A DNA stretch of 64,000 nucleotides, taken from positions 18,042,001 to 18,106,000 of the forward strand of contig OZ059895.1 in assembly GCA_964057225.1 (NCBI GenBank), written 5' to 3'. Position 1 is the first letter of the stretch; the number at the start of each line of letters is the position of its first letter. This DNA comes from Auanema rhodensis (lineage: Eukaryota; Animalia; Nematoda). Below, in pieces: positions 27,402 to 41,198 of the stretch. Both the position numbers and the translations under genes were made by a program. The notes beneath the pieces were generated by a model. That model worked only from the letters and a program-made list of their open reading frames with translations. It searched no databases and was not told the origin of the DNA.

Positions 27402-27900
27402 TATGAATTTTTCTTCAAGAATATTGGAAGAGACCGAAGAACACACTGATTTTAGTCCTGTCTTTATATGGGATATGAAGTACCTTCTAAATGTTACGGT
27501 ATGCTCCGCCTTCAAAGTGCGAACATACCCAATTTGGGTTAGACCAACAAAAAAATGAAGATGAAATTAAGAGAAAAAACCTAATGAATTTGTTCATTAA
27601 GTGCTTCTTTTATATAACAATCAAAGTGCGTAATTTAGCAGTAGTCTGAATTCTTTTTTTTAACATCACGCTATAAAAAATGTCCTGATCAGACTAACAA
27701 TTACCCTATCTTTCTAATAATTAAGAAAATATGAGCAGATGTTTCACTTTTTTAGGAAAATTCGGAATTTATGCATTTGAATAAATACAGATTCCGATGT
27801 AACTATTGATGTTGATGTTTTTGCAACATCAACTTCCATTAACTTGTCTCTCTAATTCCAAGAAACTACATGTTCTTAGTTCCTAGAATATAAATTGATT

Positions 27901-27903
<3 letters not shown>

Positions 27904-27942
<39 letters not shown>
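27904..27942. repeat. (AT)n microsatellite
   Basis: Uninterrupted AT dinucleotide run. Confidence 0.95.
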
Positions 27943-27947
<5 letters not shown>

Positions 27948-29078
27948 GTATATGTACATATATATTATTGTAGTACTCAACATATGGTTATATTAAAGAT
28001 CACAAATTAGTCTGTTAATGGACCCACATTTTGGTCGAAGAATAGTATTATGTTCTTGAAGTTTAATGAACTAAATAAGAAATGTATCACAAGTGAGACT
28101 AATGAAAGAAAAATACCGCATGTGCGTACTTTAACAAGATTAACCTTCGGTGGCTAAACAAGAAGATGGCCAATATAATAAATCCTATTAAGCGCATTGT
28201 TTCAACTTATTTCAAGAACAAAAATGTGGTCATTCCATGCACCCGTACCGTTCTTAATTCTTTTAATATTTGACCTAGTCATTAGTTACTGAATGAATAA
28301 TTGAAAGATAATTTATATTATATTACTTTCATAGCTTCATAAATTGAAGTATCACTTAAATTTCGTACAATGTGAAATATGTGATTTAAAAAGGATACAG
28401 TATATGCACTGATAGTATTAACGTACAGGAAATGGTGAACATTCCTAATCCTCAGAATGTCCTTCTCAAATTTTCTATGAGAGAACCAGAAACATATTGT
28501 CTAAATCAATTTAAATTTTGAATGTTCTTTAAAAAAGAAACCTTGAAAGGGATTTTCACTACAAATCCTTATACCTTCCTGCGTATGTGGGAAAAAATGA
28601 AACATTTCGCATTGTATAAAAATTATGCTAATATACTATCCATTGAAAATATGAAAGTAAACATTTACATGAGTACTTCCTCTCTCCTTTTCCAACAGAA
28701 GACACTAAAACATTTTAGTATGCTTCTACTTTTTTTATTCTTTGTTATGAAATGTGTATTTAATTTGTAATATAGATAAGAATCAGTTCAATTCCATTTC
28801 TTATCTGTTTAACAAACATTGTGAAATTAAAAACACATCGAAAATATTACTTTGTGCCATTTCTAGACAATCTTTCCTATTGGCATTCACCATAATTTTC
28901 GCTAGAATTGGTCTTAATATAGTCGAACGAAAGCAACTCCTCGTTTAACGGTTGTAAAAAGAGTGCAGCTGAACCGTTTACGACCTCCAAACCTCCCATT
29001 GGCACGAATTTGGTACGTTTGAGAGTTTGCAACATAATAAAAAGAACTTTAACGTGAAGGATTAAATAAGTTAGAAAT

Positions 29079-31448
29079 ATGGATAACGGGTCCAGGAGTC
29101 CCAGTGCCTCAGAGACAGAACTCACTCTAACCCAAGTATCATTAGGATCTCCTTTACTACATGTTGTAAGTCCAATCTACTTCACTTATTCAAATTATCA
29201 TTAATTATCCAGAGCTCTGTGCATGGTAGAATGTTGTTAGCGCAGTTAAATGTTCTAAGAGAAGATTCACAGTTTTGTGATGTTGTTTTTCTTGTTGGTA
29301 ACACCAGAGTCCATGCACATCGCTTAGTTTTATCGGCATGTTCGAGCTATTTTCGCGCAATGTTCACAAATGCAATGATAGAAACTCATCAAAGTAAGTT
29401 TTGCAAATGTTGTTATTAAGTATAAATATATTTATTTTAGAAGAAATTCCAATGTCAGAAATTTCTGCTCCATCTTTAGAATTATTAATAAACTTTTGTT
29501 ATACTGGCGAAATCAAGATAACTGAAGAAAATGTACAGTCACTTCTTCCCGCAGCATGCTTATTACAACTCATTGAAGTTCAAGTATCTATATATTTTTT
29601 TATTTTTTTTTGAAAACATAATTTTTCTAGGAAGTTAGTTGCGAATTTTTAAAAAAACAGTTAGATGCCAGTAATTGTCTCGGAATTCGAGACTTTGCTG
29701 ATAGACATTCTTGCCGGGAATTGTTACGAAGTGCTAATAGATTCACATTACAAAACTTCCAAGTATGATATATTAGGTTAAATGATTTATATAAATTTTA
29801 AATTTAGGAAGTTGTGAACACTGAAGAGTTTTTATTGCTGCCTTCCACTCAGCTTATTGATATTATTTCTAGTGAGGAATTAAATGTAAAATCTGAGGAA
29901 CAGGTTTGCTTATTAACTTTTACTCAAGCTCTTCTTAAATTATTTTTTTAAGGTTTTTGCTTCCGTCATTAAGTGGGTTAGACATGATTTAGGTTCACGG
30001 AAAGCTTTATTATCCGAGGTTTCTTTATAATAATTAATGGTCATTAAATTGAAATTTATTTTAAGATTTTACAACATGTTCGTTTGCCTTTGTGTCCTGC
30101 AAAATTTTTAGTTAGTATTGTTAGTGAAGAGCCCCTCATTAAATCCGACGCTCTTAGTCGTGATCTCGTAGATGAGGCTAAGGTTAGTCTTTTATGTTAC
30201 ATATTATTAATCAATGATTATAGAATTATTTGCTTCTTCCCATGGAACGTGTTCATATGCAGGGGCCGCGTACTCGATCCCGAAAACCTATTCACTACGG
30301 GGAAATTTTATATGCAGGTTTGATTAATGCTATTTTAATGATATCATGATGATAACTGTATTTTTAAGTTGGTGGCTGGTGTAGTGGAGATGCTATGGCT
30401 TCTGTTGAACAGTTAGATCCTAGTAAACCCATGCCAGTTTGGAAAACTGTCTCTTCCATGGGTAAGCGAAGATGTGGAGTTGGGGTTGCCGTCGTTGACG
30501 ATCTTGTATATGCCGTTGGAGGTCATGACGGTCAAAGTTATTTAAATAGCGTTGAAAGGTTACTTTTGATATTAGTTATAGTTTATTTTTCTATTCTTAG
30601 GTACGATCCTGTAACAAATCGTTGGCTTTTTGATGTTGCTCCTACATCTACATGTCGAACTTCTGTTGGGGTTGCAGTTCTGGATGGTTTCCTATACGCC
30701 GTCGGTGGTCAGGATGGAAAAAGCTGCCTCAACGTTGTCGAGCGGTAAATGTGTGTATATTTTTGAGTTTCATGAAACATTTTTCAGCTATGATACTTCA
30801 CGTGACGAGTGGAACAAAGTTGCACCAATGGGAACACGGCGCCTCGGCGTGTCAGTATCTGTTCTCAATGGTTGTTTATATGCTGTTGGAGGGTCTGATG
30901 GTCATACTCCTTTAAGTACTGTAGAAAGGTGAATTATATTTTGAAAGGAGTCCAGTATTAATATCTCTTCAGGTATGACCCACGTGTTGGACGATGGGAT
31001 CAAGTTGGTTCTATGTCTACTAGAAGAAAACATCTAGGTACTGCTGTTTTTGACGGACATTTATATGCAGCAGGTGGAAGAGATGATGCGTGTGAGCTTA
31101 GCTCAGCCGAAAAGTGAGCTTAACTGACTCTGTACAATATTTAATTTTATGTTAAGGTACAATCCATATACAAATGAGTGGACGCCAGTTGTAGCCATGG
31201 GCAGTCGACGTTCGGGTGTTTGTCTTGCCGTCGTGAATGAGCGTTTATATGCTGTTGGAGGCTTTGACGGTCAGACATATCTCAAATCTGTAGAAGTATA
31301 CGATGCGGATGCCAATAATTGGCGTCATCATGGTAGTATGACTTACAGAAGGCTTGGAGGAGGATTAGGTGTGGTTCGTTCACGCTATGTAGATAATCGT
31401 AATGATATTGCGACTTTACCAAGGGGTTACCCCGCAGATCTGTGCTAA
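29079..31448 (+). CDS. KLHL20: BTB-BACK-Kelch protein, KLHL20/diablo orthologue
   Basis: BTB ([29 protein letters not shown]), BACK, six Kelch repeats incl. [70 protein letters not shown]. Confidence 0.93.
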
Positions 31449-31742
31449 TTCCTAGAAACATTTTAAGTTTTAAACTGATGTCATATTCCTACCCTTTTAA
31501 TTGTTTACATTATATGTACAAAAAGCATGTATACTGTTACGGTATGGTACGGGTTTCGCTACAATACGTGCATGAAGATGTTGAGATTTTTATTCATGTA
31601 AAATTGTTATTTACCACAAACACAAATATAAATATTTACAACACAGTTAATTGAATGTTTTCAATGATTTTCGAAAAAAATAAATATGCAACTCGAGAAG
31701 TAGTAGTAAATTGAAATTAATGAAGCAATGCTATTTTAAAAC

Positions 31743-32306
31743 TTATCCCCACATTTCTTCGGTTCTACCGAACTTGTATACGCAACTTGAGGCAAAAATT
31801 ATGAAGTTAGTCAGGAAAAGAGCGACTCCAGGCCAAACTGGGTGATCGCCGGTTTTAAGAACGTAATCAGAGAAAAGAATCCATGTTGCAGCAACAAGAG
31901 AAGCGAAAGAGAGGACAAAGGCGGCCATTAACCAGAGTCGAGCACCTCAAAACAATAAGAAAATTAAATACAAAAAAAAATATATTTACCCTTAGTTCCC
32001 AAAAGACCTTCGTTTAAACTTTCCCCTCTTACTTGACTGTTTGACACAGCGTTCACCATAAACATTGCTAATGTACTAGCAACAGTGATAATGTAATAGA
32101 CATTAGTCCAATCAGCCTATGTGGATAATATAACTTAATAGATATTTTGTGTGCTCACAAACCTTTTCATAAACAGCTGAGGTGTCGATCATAAGCCACC
32201 AAGCAAAGAAAAACAAAGCACTTGCAGATATTGATGCAATAGCGTTTCTTTTACCCTCGAGATCGAAGTTACAATCACAGTGAATTTGATCAAAACATCC
32301 AGACAT
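31743..32306 (-). CDS. TMEM50: Transmembrane protein 50 (UPF0220/Vps68 family)
   Basis: Three exons: MSGCFD...KRNAIASISASALFFFAWWLMID...AMFMVNAVSNSQVRGE...GARLWL...VWPGVALFLTNFIIFASSCVYKFGRTEEMWG*. Confidence 0.93.
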
Positions 32307-32891
32307 CTTAAAGAATATTTCTTATGATCAACATATGTAAATTGTTGCAGGTAGTCAGATTCGTTGATAAAAACAATCAAAGAAAGATACAAGAAACAAA
32401 AAATAAAAATTCAATTATTATTTCGACTAAAAAAACTATTTTGTAGCTAAAGCATACAATACAATTATAACAGTTAACAACATATAAAATCTATTTAACT
32501 TATAACAAATTTGAAACTGATACTCCACATGATGGGCAGGCAAGTATTAATTAACAAAAGGTTCAAAAATTCAAAGATATGTAACGGGTTTGTGGTGTTG
32601 GAGCACCAAGTTTCTTCAAATGCCACGATTGGAAGGAAAATATACAAAAGAAACTTGACAATTGTTAATTTGATAATTGGCTGAACGAACTATGTTTGTA
32701 TACATCAGACGGCTTTACAATACCAGCACTTTGATATAAATCACAACAAATGCTAATAAACTACTTGACATAAATGTATGACACAATATAGTATTGCAGC
32801 TGTCATTTGAAGGTTTTGTATTTGGATAGAACTTTAATAATAGGAATATCTCTAAACTCTGGGTAACTACAAATCAAATCTAAGATTATAT

Positions 32892-35834
32892 TTAACGATT
32901 GCAGCTAGCACTACCACAACATGCTTTTAAGTCTAATTCAAGAAGCTCCTTATCGAGGTCGTCTTTTTGAACCTTTGGCTGGAAAAAAGATAGTAGTTTT
33001 AATAAGTAGATGGACGAAAAACTCACAGGTACAAGGCCAGCATGATGATTCTGGCTGTGCCATAGTTGAGCATATTTTCCATTATGCTCTATCAACTCTC
33101 GATGATTTCCTTTCTCGATTACTTTTCCAGCTTCCAGTACATAAATAATATCAGAATCAACAATAGTTGCAAGTCTGTGAGCAATGAACAAAGTGGTTCT
33201 GTAAATCTTTGATGAGAACATTTTTAAAGTAAACATTACTTCTTATCAACAGCTCCCTTCAAGGCTCTCATGATGTTAGCTTCTGTAATGGCATCCAATG
33301 ATGAAGTAGCTTCATCGTATATAACAAGAGGAGAATCCTGAGAGAAAAACATTAAACTCAAGAATAATCGAAATACTTTCAAACCTTCAGAATAGCTCTA
33401 GCAATAGCTACACGTTGTTTCTCTCCACCGGAAAGCTTCAAGCCACGTTCACCAACAAGAGTATCGTAAGCCTGTAATAAAGCAATTAAAAAAAATTTTT
33501 ATTCGTAAATACCTGAGGCATTCTCTGTACTGAATGATGTAAGTCGGCAGTTTCAGCAGCTGCTACGACGTCTTCTCTAGAGGCATTAGGGTTTCCGTAT
33601 GCTAAGTTATAGAAAATAGAATCATGGAAGAGAACTGAATCTTGGGGAACGATTGAAATGTTCTTCCTGAGTGAATCGAGAGAAGCGTTCTTAACGTCTA
33701 CTCCGTTTATAACAATAGCTCCCGATTGTGAATCAAATAGACGATAAAGCAATCGAACAATGGTGGATTTTCTACAAAACAAAACGGAAACATATCACCA
33801 AATGAAAATGTATTACCCAGATCCTGATCCTCCAACAATAGCCACCTTTTTTCCGGCGGGAATCTCCATATCAAGTCCTCGTAAAATAGGCTTATCTGGT
33901 AAATATCCGAAATGAACATTGTCAAACTGAACAAGAGTGATAAGAGAATATAAACTTTAAAACATCAATTTCCAACCTTAATTGTAATATCATTTCCCGT
34001 TACGCTTATTTCTTGAGGGTTAGGATGCTCAACAATCTTAGGCTTCAAGTTCAAAAGAGAAAACATGCTGTTCATATCAAGTAAGCCTTGTCGAACCTCA
34101 CGATAAACAGATCCTTAATTTTCATCAAGTATAAAACGGAGAAATAAAGAAGGATTTACCTAAGAAATTAAGAGGAATTGAAAGTTGGAAAAGTAAAGTA
34201 TTGGCTAAGGCTAAATCTCCGACAGTAATTTCACCTGTAAAAGCAAGGAACTGATACATAGCAAATGTAAATTTACGAACCTGTTACAATTCTATTAGCA
34301 GCCAAAGCCATAATACCAACTAAACCTACAGAGAAAATTGTATTTTGAACAAAATTCAGGAATGCTAGAGAAGTAGTAGTCTTCAGAGAAGCTGAAATAT
34401 TTTGAACAATTTGTAAAAAAAGTATCAATTAAAAACTCACCATGCTCATATTTTTTCAAAAATTGATCATATCGCTTAGCTTCGAACTTTTCATTATTGA
34501 AATACTGAAATAAAAGGTTTGAAAAAAATATTAGCTAGAATGTAGAGCTTACCTTAACAGTCTCATAGTTAATCAAAGAATCAATAGCCTTACTACCAGC
34601 GTCATTATCAGCTTGATTCATTTGATGACGGAATTTAGTTCTCCATCTTAAATCAAAGAACATAATAAACAATCAACACAAGGACAACTTACTGAGTTAT
34701 ACCTAATGTTGCAATAGCGTACATGCCAATACTTCCTAAACTCATGTATGCAAACTCAGCTCCAAGAGTGTTATAGAAAATAGATGTAACCTTAAGAGCA
34801 TTCATTTCTTACAGACTGAAAGTCTTAGTGCTAACTTACAAGAGAAAGTTCAACAGCTGTTGGCACAACATTAAAGACTAATGAAGATAAAACAAAACTC
34901 ATTCCCCTGGTTCCTCTATCTAAATTATATTACAAAATAAAATTAGGAAAATATTAAGAAAACGCATACCCATAGCCTTTGAAAGAGCTCCAGTTTGTCT
35001 ATTAAGATGGAAGGATAAGTCTAATTGGTGAAGATGAAGAAACACTTGTCTTGCAGTTTGTCTAACAGAGTTTTGGGAAACTCGAGCGAATACTGCGTTT
35101 CTCAACTCATTGAAAGCAGCTGAAGTTGACCGTGCCACACCATCTTAATTTTCATGACGAATAAGTTTTCCAGAATATTTTAAAAACGTACAAGCAATAA
35201 TTAAGCATAACCCTGTAGTCAAAATAGCATTGGCAGGAGTGTCAAAAGTAAGTTTCATAAATTCTGGAGCTGCTCCATTATAATAATTGATAATGTCTCG
35301 AAGAAAAAAGGGAACAGAAACATTAGCCAACTATATAAATATTTCAGATGAAAATAAAAATGAAGGCAAACCTTAGCTCCAATAAGTAGCATCATAGCTA
35401 TAATTACTCTTCTTTTGATATGCCAGTTACCTTTTGGCCACACTAATTTCAATAACTTTCTTAGAAGCTGCCATCCTGTTAACTGTGCACTGGACTATAA
35501 TGCAACATATTTTTATGTTGATACGACAGAAACCTACCTGAATAGGGGACAGTGTGCTTGCACCTGGATGAAAACATGTTCTTGTAGCGGATTTTAAAAC
35601 TCCCTTCTAGATATATTTAGAAAATAAGTAAGTTTGTCGAGAATAAAACATACATTTTGTCTCAAAAGTTTACTGGCTCCCCTAAGTAATGAAGGTTTTA
35701 CATTTCTACTGAATTGTCTTAATTGAATCTGAATATTATTCAATACAATATGCATATTACAATTTATTGAACCATACCCTTGATGCTTGAACAAGAGAAG
35801 ACCTTAAACAAGCTAGTCGATGTATCTGTAGCAT
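32892..35834 (-). CDS. abtm-1: Mitochondrial ABC half-transporter ABCB7/Atm1
   Basis: Basic targeting-like N-terminus; [48 protein letters not shown]; Walker A GGSGSGKST, signature LSGGEKQR, Walker [15 protein letters not shown]; Cys-rich tail CCGSASCNR*. Confidence 0.95.
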
Positions 35835-36262
35835 ATTATGTGAACGGTGCTTATTCCCTAATATACAAAAGATGATTATTGTTTTATATCATGTTACATC
35901 ATCATATATTAAAGTTAAATTCAATTTTATTGGATAATGTAGTTGAGAAGATAACAATGATTTAATATTCGAAATTTACATTCTTTTCTTAAGAAGTAAT
36001 GATATTAAAAAATATTTAATTATTAAATATAAGAAAACAGTCGAAGAGAGTGCCTACCTCTGCACGTCGTTTACACAGTTAAAGAACGTGCATGAAGCTT
36101 AGAACTTTTCATGGGGGGAAACATGGCAGGAACATTACAAGTTATATAATTTTAACAAAATTCTAATTTTCAAAACTACAATGTAAACTTTTAAGTTAAT
36201 ATTTAATTAAGGTTTTATAGATAGTGTAGCAAGATGTTTCTATTCTAAATTCAGTATAAAGC

Positions 36263-39200
36263 ATGGAAACTAAATGTGATGGGCTGACAACGAAAGAAGC
36301 ATTGGATATTTTAATAAATGAATCAAGAAAATGTGTCGAAGAATATACCCTTTCTAGTACAACATGGTTTGTTTCAACGGCTTTTTGTTAGTTTTTTCAT
36401 CCGTTATTACAGCAATAACTCGAATAATGCTGGATCTCATAAATTTGTTCATCATTACAAAAAAAACAGTCTTTTGTATATATTGGGATTAGCTGTTTTA
36501 TTTCTGATAGGTTCCGTCGATTTGTAAGTTGCATTGATGTTTTTAGGCACGAAAATGATTGATAAGAGAGGGGATTGACTTGCGAAAGGACTTAAAACTT
36601 GAAAAAAATCGATTATATACATAGTAAAGATTTGAAGACCAGGAATAAAATAATTAGTTTTATAGTACTCTGACTGACATGGTAGTACTTATGGTAAAAA
36701 TCTTATCAGATTCGAAGAACCACGTGATACGTAGAATGAAGGTCGCGCGTTTAAGCTATCTATATTAGAAAATGCCAAAGTTTCTTTTCGATCTTATCAA
36801 TGTATCATTTTTAAAAGACATGACGTATGAGATAAGAGGTACTGAATAATTAAATTTTTAGGGAAAATGAAATATCCTTTCCTCTTGTTGGATTTTCCGT
36901 CTGGTTACTTCTCTGTGTGCTAACCACATATGCTTTGCAGCAATATGAAAAAAAACAAGAAAGAACGTATATGACAACACGCATTGAAAATTTAACTGAT
37001 TATTTGCATCGAGTGAGTATTTCACATTGAATATCATAACACTATTATGTATTTTGTGCCAACTCCCCAGTTTAGTGCTTTGGCTGTCTACAGTACTCTA
37101 CCGCAATTGAGCCCATTATGGATGATATGTGGGGCCAACAATGCTTTCGTGATGGTATTGTTGTAAATGTTCCGAAAATGCTACTAGTTCGAAATGATGT
37201 TATACTTCTAAGATCAGGACAGGTATATATTCTGCTTTTTTAATAGACATCGAACAATATAGATTATTCCTTGTACTTGTCAATTAGAAGATGGTAGCAT
37301 CTTACAACGTGGGGCTAAATTTGATCCAGTAGTTGTCGTAGATCAAGATAACGGTATAGCAACTCCATTAAAGAGTCTTAAGGTTGTTAATTACTAATTA
37401 AGAGGTTAAAACAACGAATTTTAAGGCTACTTTGCAAGAAACTGTAATATCTGAACATTTAGAAACTTGTCTGTCTATAACATCTCAGCCTAGTACTCTG
37501 GAGCAGCAGGTGTCGTTTTATTTTATTTTTGGTTATGATTTTAGTTATGATTTTGAAGATTCAATCAGTCATGTCTATTATGCAACAAATTTGTTTTTTT
37601 GGTTATACTATGCTGGTAGCTTCTGCTGTTACAGTACGATACTTTTACGGAAACAGCCAATCTTATTTCGGAACTAGGTGGACAAGTGGTTAAAAAATTA
37701 TTAACTCTTTTTTTAATCTTAGATATATATTCTCTATCATGTCGTTAATTCTTATTCCGTTTACCTGCCCTTTCCTTCCTTTTATTCTTTGGATTGTTCG
37801 AAGATGGTTGAATCATAGAAACTAAGTAAAATGATATATTGCTGTTTCAGGAATAATATAGTTGTATCTCAAAGCTTGGGAGTTGAAACATGGAGTTTCC
37901 ATCTCAAAGATTGTCTTGTTACTCTTGGAAATCTCACTGGCGTTTCAGTTGTTGATAAGAAAGGAGTTCTTTCTCCTATTAACCCAAGTTTAGATAAAGT
38001 TTGTTTAAGCAAGCTTCACAATTATTCACTTGTTTCTTCAGGTCATTGTATTCCGTGAAACATCTCCAAATTCTTCTGTTGTCGTACCTGATGTTTTAGA
38101 CTTGAGTTCAGAATTGATAAATAATAAGTGGAGACTTTATTTTGATAGTCAAGCTTGGTAAAGTTTGAACAAGCATTAAATTATAATGAGCGTACCCTTA
38201 AGGCAAGATAAAATTGCTCAACTAAATCCTATAGCACTGAGCTTATCATTGAACTCATGTCAACACAATGTAGAATATTTTGAATTTTTGGATTATTTAA
38301 GTTGTGTTGCCAAAGAAGTTCCTCGAACAATAGTCACGACCAGTAAAAGGTGTATGTGTCAATTTCCTCGTGTTCTTGGGTATGATACTAAATTTATGTA
38401 GATTACCTACACTATCTTTTGCAGTTTTACTGATAATTCGGTTAGGCAATTTTTTGACGTAGAACCTCATTGGATTGGTTTATACAAACGCCATCCTGGC
38501 GACGAGCCGGTGCCAGGGTATGATGAAATTGTTCAAAGTTCTGATTTATTTATTTATTTTAGTTTGATAAAACATAGAACACCTTTGGAAATGGCAATTT
38601 GTACCGTGCATTCTGATCTTCGATCGGTTCATTCTCATGTCACTTGTCAAGGAACAGCAGGGATAGTTCTTGAAGTAAAAAAAACTTGTATGCCTTCTTC
38701 AATCTTTTTCTTCAAGGCTTGTACACATGTTTGGGACGGCCAAAATCTTTCTCCACTGACTGAACGTCTCTCAAGAACAGTCAAAGACATGTATCAAAGA
38801 AATTCAATGACAGGGTATGTACATGCAATCAAAATCAGAACTAGCGTTGATTCATTTCTAGCTATTGTTTGGTTCTGTCCTATCGACCAACCACATGTGT
38901 ACCAGATATCTCCATCAAGGGGAAATATATTGAAATTCCTGAGTTTCAACCGGATAGTAAGGAAATTAATGGACCAATTCCCCGATCTCTAAGTTATGGT
39001 ATCTATTTATATTGATTATTTATTAATAAAATTCTTCAAGATGAACTTCTTCGCGAAGAATTTTTTTCAAACAAACGTTTGAATACATCGCAGGAAGTAG
39101 TAGACAACATTTTTTCCGGACATATACTTAGCGGAATGGTTTTCATGCAATATGAAGCTTTACCCAACATTGTTCCATTGGTGGAATCTTTAGAAAGCAA

Positions 39201-41198
39201 TTGTGTTCGCTTTGTATATTTCTCAAAGGAAAATGAGTTAAGAAGCCGAATTTTTGCAGAGAAAATAGGTTTCTCATTACTTTCACGAAAGAACAAAAAA
39301 TAAACAAAATAATTATAATCAGGATTAGAAGCTGGTTGGAATTGCCATATATCTTTGGCAAATGAGGAAGAAGAAGATAAAAGAACAAATCGGGATGTTT
39401 ATATTGCGGCAAGTAAGTGTTGATATAATGCATCTGATAAATACTCTTTTTGAGATGAACAGAATAGAAAAAAATGGGATCAGGCCGTAATTAGGAAGGA
39501 AAGGCTCAGAAAAAATTATATTTCAAAGTGAAATTTTGACAATTTCTTTTTGTTAATTTTTGTATTCAGAAGTGAGATGGCTTTAGCTATGTGTGATTTT
39601 GATTTACGAATATCACCTTCAAGACAAAGATCTCATACAACTCCTGATAAAGTTGGCCCTATGCCTAATAAAGCTCAATTACCAACTGGCCTGGCAGCTG
39701 TTAGGCCTCATCTTGAAGAAGTTGATAACGTTCCTTTACTGGTTGGGCTGTTTACAGATTGTACTCCAACGGTCAATTCAGAAATGGTTAATATCATGCA
39801 GGTTTGAAATATCTCTAATGAAAACGATAGATAGTTCATTCTCAGGATTATGGAGAAGTTGTGCTTTTAATTGGATCAGCTTTAAACACGGCTAATATTG
39901 ATGTATTTGGACAAGTAACAAAGATATTTGTAGTTTCTCGTATACTAAGTTTATTTCCAGAGTGATGTTTCTATTTGTGTCACTCCTTTAGCTGATTTCA
40001 ATTGCCATCTAACTGAAAAAGCTCAGACAAGTACAGCTCAATCTGCTTGTGATGTTGCTGCCAGAATCATGGCTTTGGCCACTGATTTTCATTTTGATCA
40101 TCATCAAGTTTGAAGTTTTGAGCCTATTATTTTGTGACATATGTTCTATTTTAGATGCTTGATTTAGCTGATGCAATAATTGGCTGTAGACATCGTCTCG
40201 AGTCTATCAGAACATCGCTTCTTTTCTTTTTTTTTTCATCACTTCAGTTATCCATGCTTCTATTTCTCTCTACAATCTTATTTTTACCTCTAATCTTCAC
40301 AACTCAACAGGTACCTGAGTATCGGTACCGTGAGATAGAAATTTCAATTGCAGGTCTTCCTAACTCTGTTCGTACATCTCCCCGTTTTATTTTTTGGTAC
40401 CGTCTGGACACCATTCAATCCAAAGAAAGTTGTCATCAAAATAGCCTCTAAGGTTTTTCATTTTTTTATCTTTTGCATTTCAAATATTTTGAAGACTTCA
40501 ACTACAATAGAACGGCCACAAATAACTTCAGCTGTTTTGACATTCTGTATTCAATTCTTACCTACAACGCTCTTCCTTATCGTTTTATTCTTTTTAGCGG
40601 TTAGTGTAGTGTAGTATAGTATATTTTTTTTCAGTTTGTTAGTTTACATGTTTTACTTCTATTCTACAGCTAGTTCGAAATTCCACGATGCTTTGCTCTT
40701 TTTCGGATGCGGTGTGTTCCTTCGGAGAAGAAGCATTATTGCATCTATCTACTCATGAGATTCGACATCTACTTGGCTTATATGTGAATAATGATTCGTT
40801 GATTGTTTGAAATCTCAGTTTTTCAGATGATTTTATTCACTTCTATTACCTCAGCTTCATGGGTTTATCCTATGTCCTCTTTATGGCATCAAGTTCCATT
40901 CATATCGATTCCTTGGATTGTTTCTGTTGTGATATGTTTACTAAGTCAGGTAAACGAATTCAGAAGTTATGTATCAGAGTTGCCTTCTATGTTCCAGATA
41001 ATTTTTTCATACGCTAGTGGCGTGTTCTTACATCGAATTTTATCAATTTATATTTTAACAGTCATTATACTGTGGTGTCCTGTAGTAATAACTATTAGTG
41101 AAATTCATAAGCTTGGACATATACGGGATTTCCATCGTGTACAGCGACGTACTAAATTAGCTTTTGATACTAAGCTTGGCATGAATTCTCCATATTAA
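36263..41198 (+). CDS. TMEM94: TMEM94/KIAA0195 (P-type ATPase-like ER membrane protein) orthologue
   Basis: GLTTKEALDIL; RDGIVVNVPKMLLV; degenerate phosphorylation motif DKKGVLS; CVRFVYFSKENELRSRIFAEKIGLEAGWNCHISL; NKAQLPTGLAAVRPHLEEVDNVPLLVGLFTDCTP; C-terminus KLAFDTKLGMNSPY*. Confidence 0.92.

Noticed and set aside
36165-36182. AAACTACAAT resembling part of the high-zinc activation element
   Set aside because: The 5' half does not match and the context is very AT-rich.
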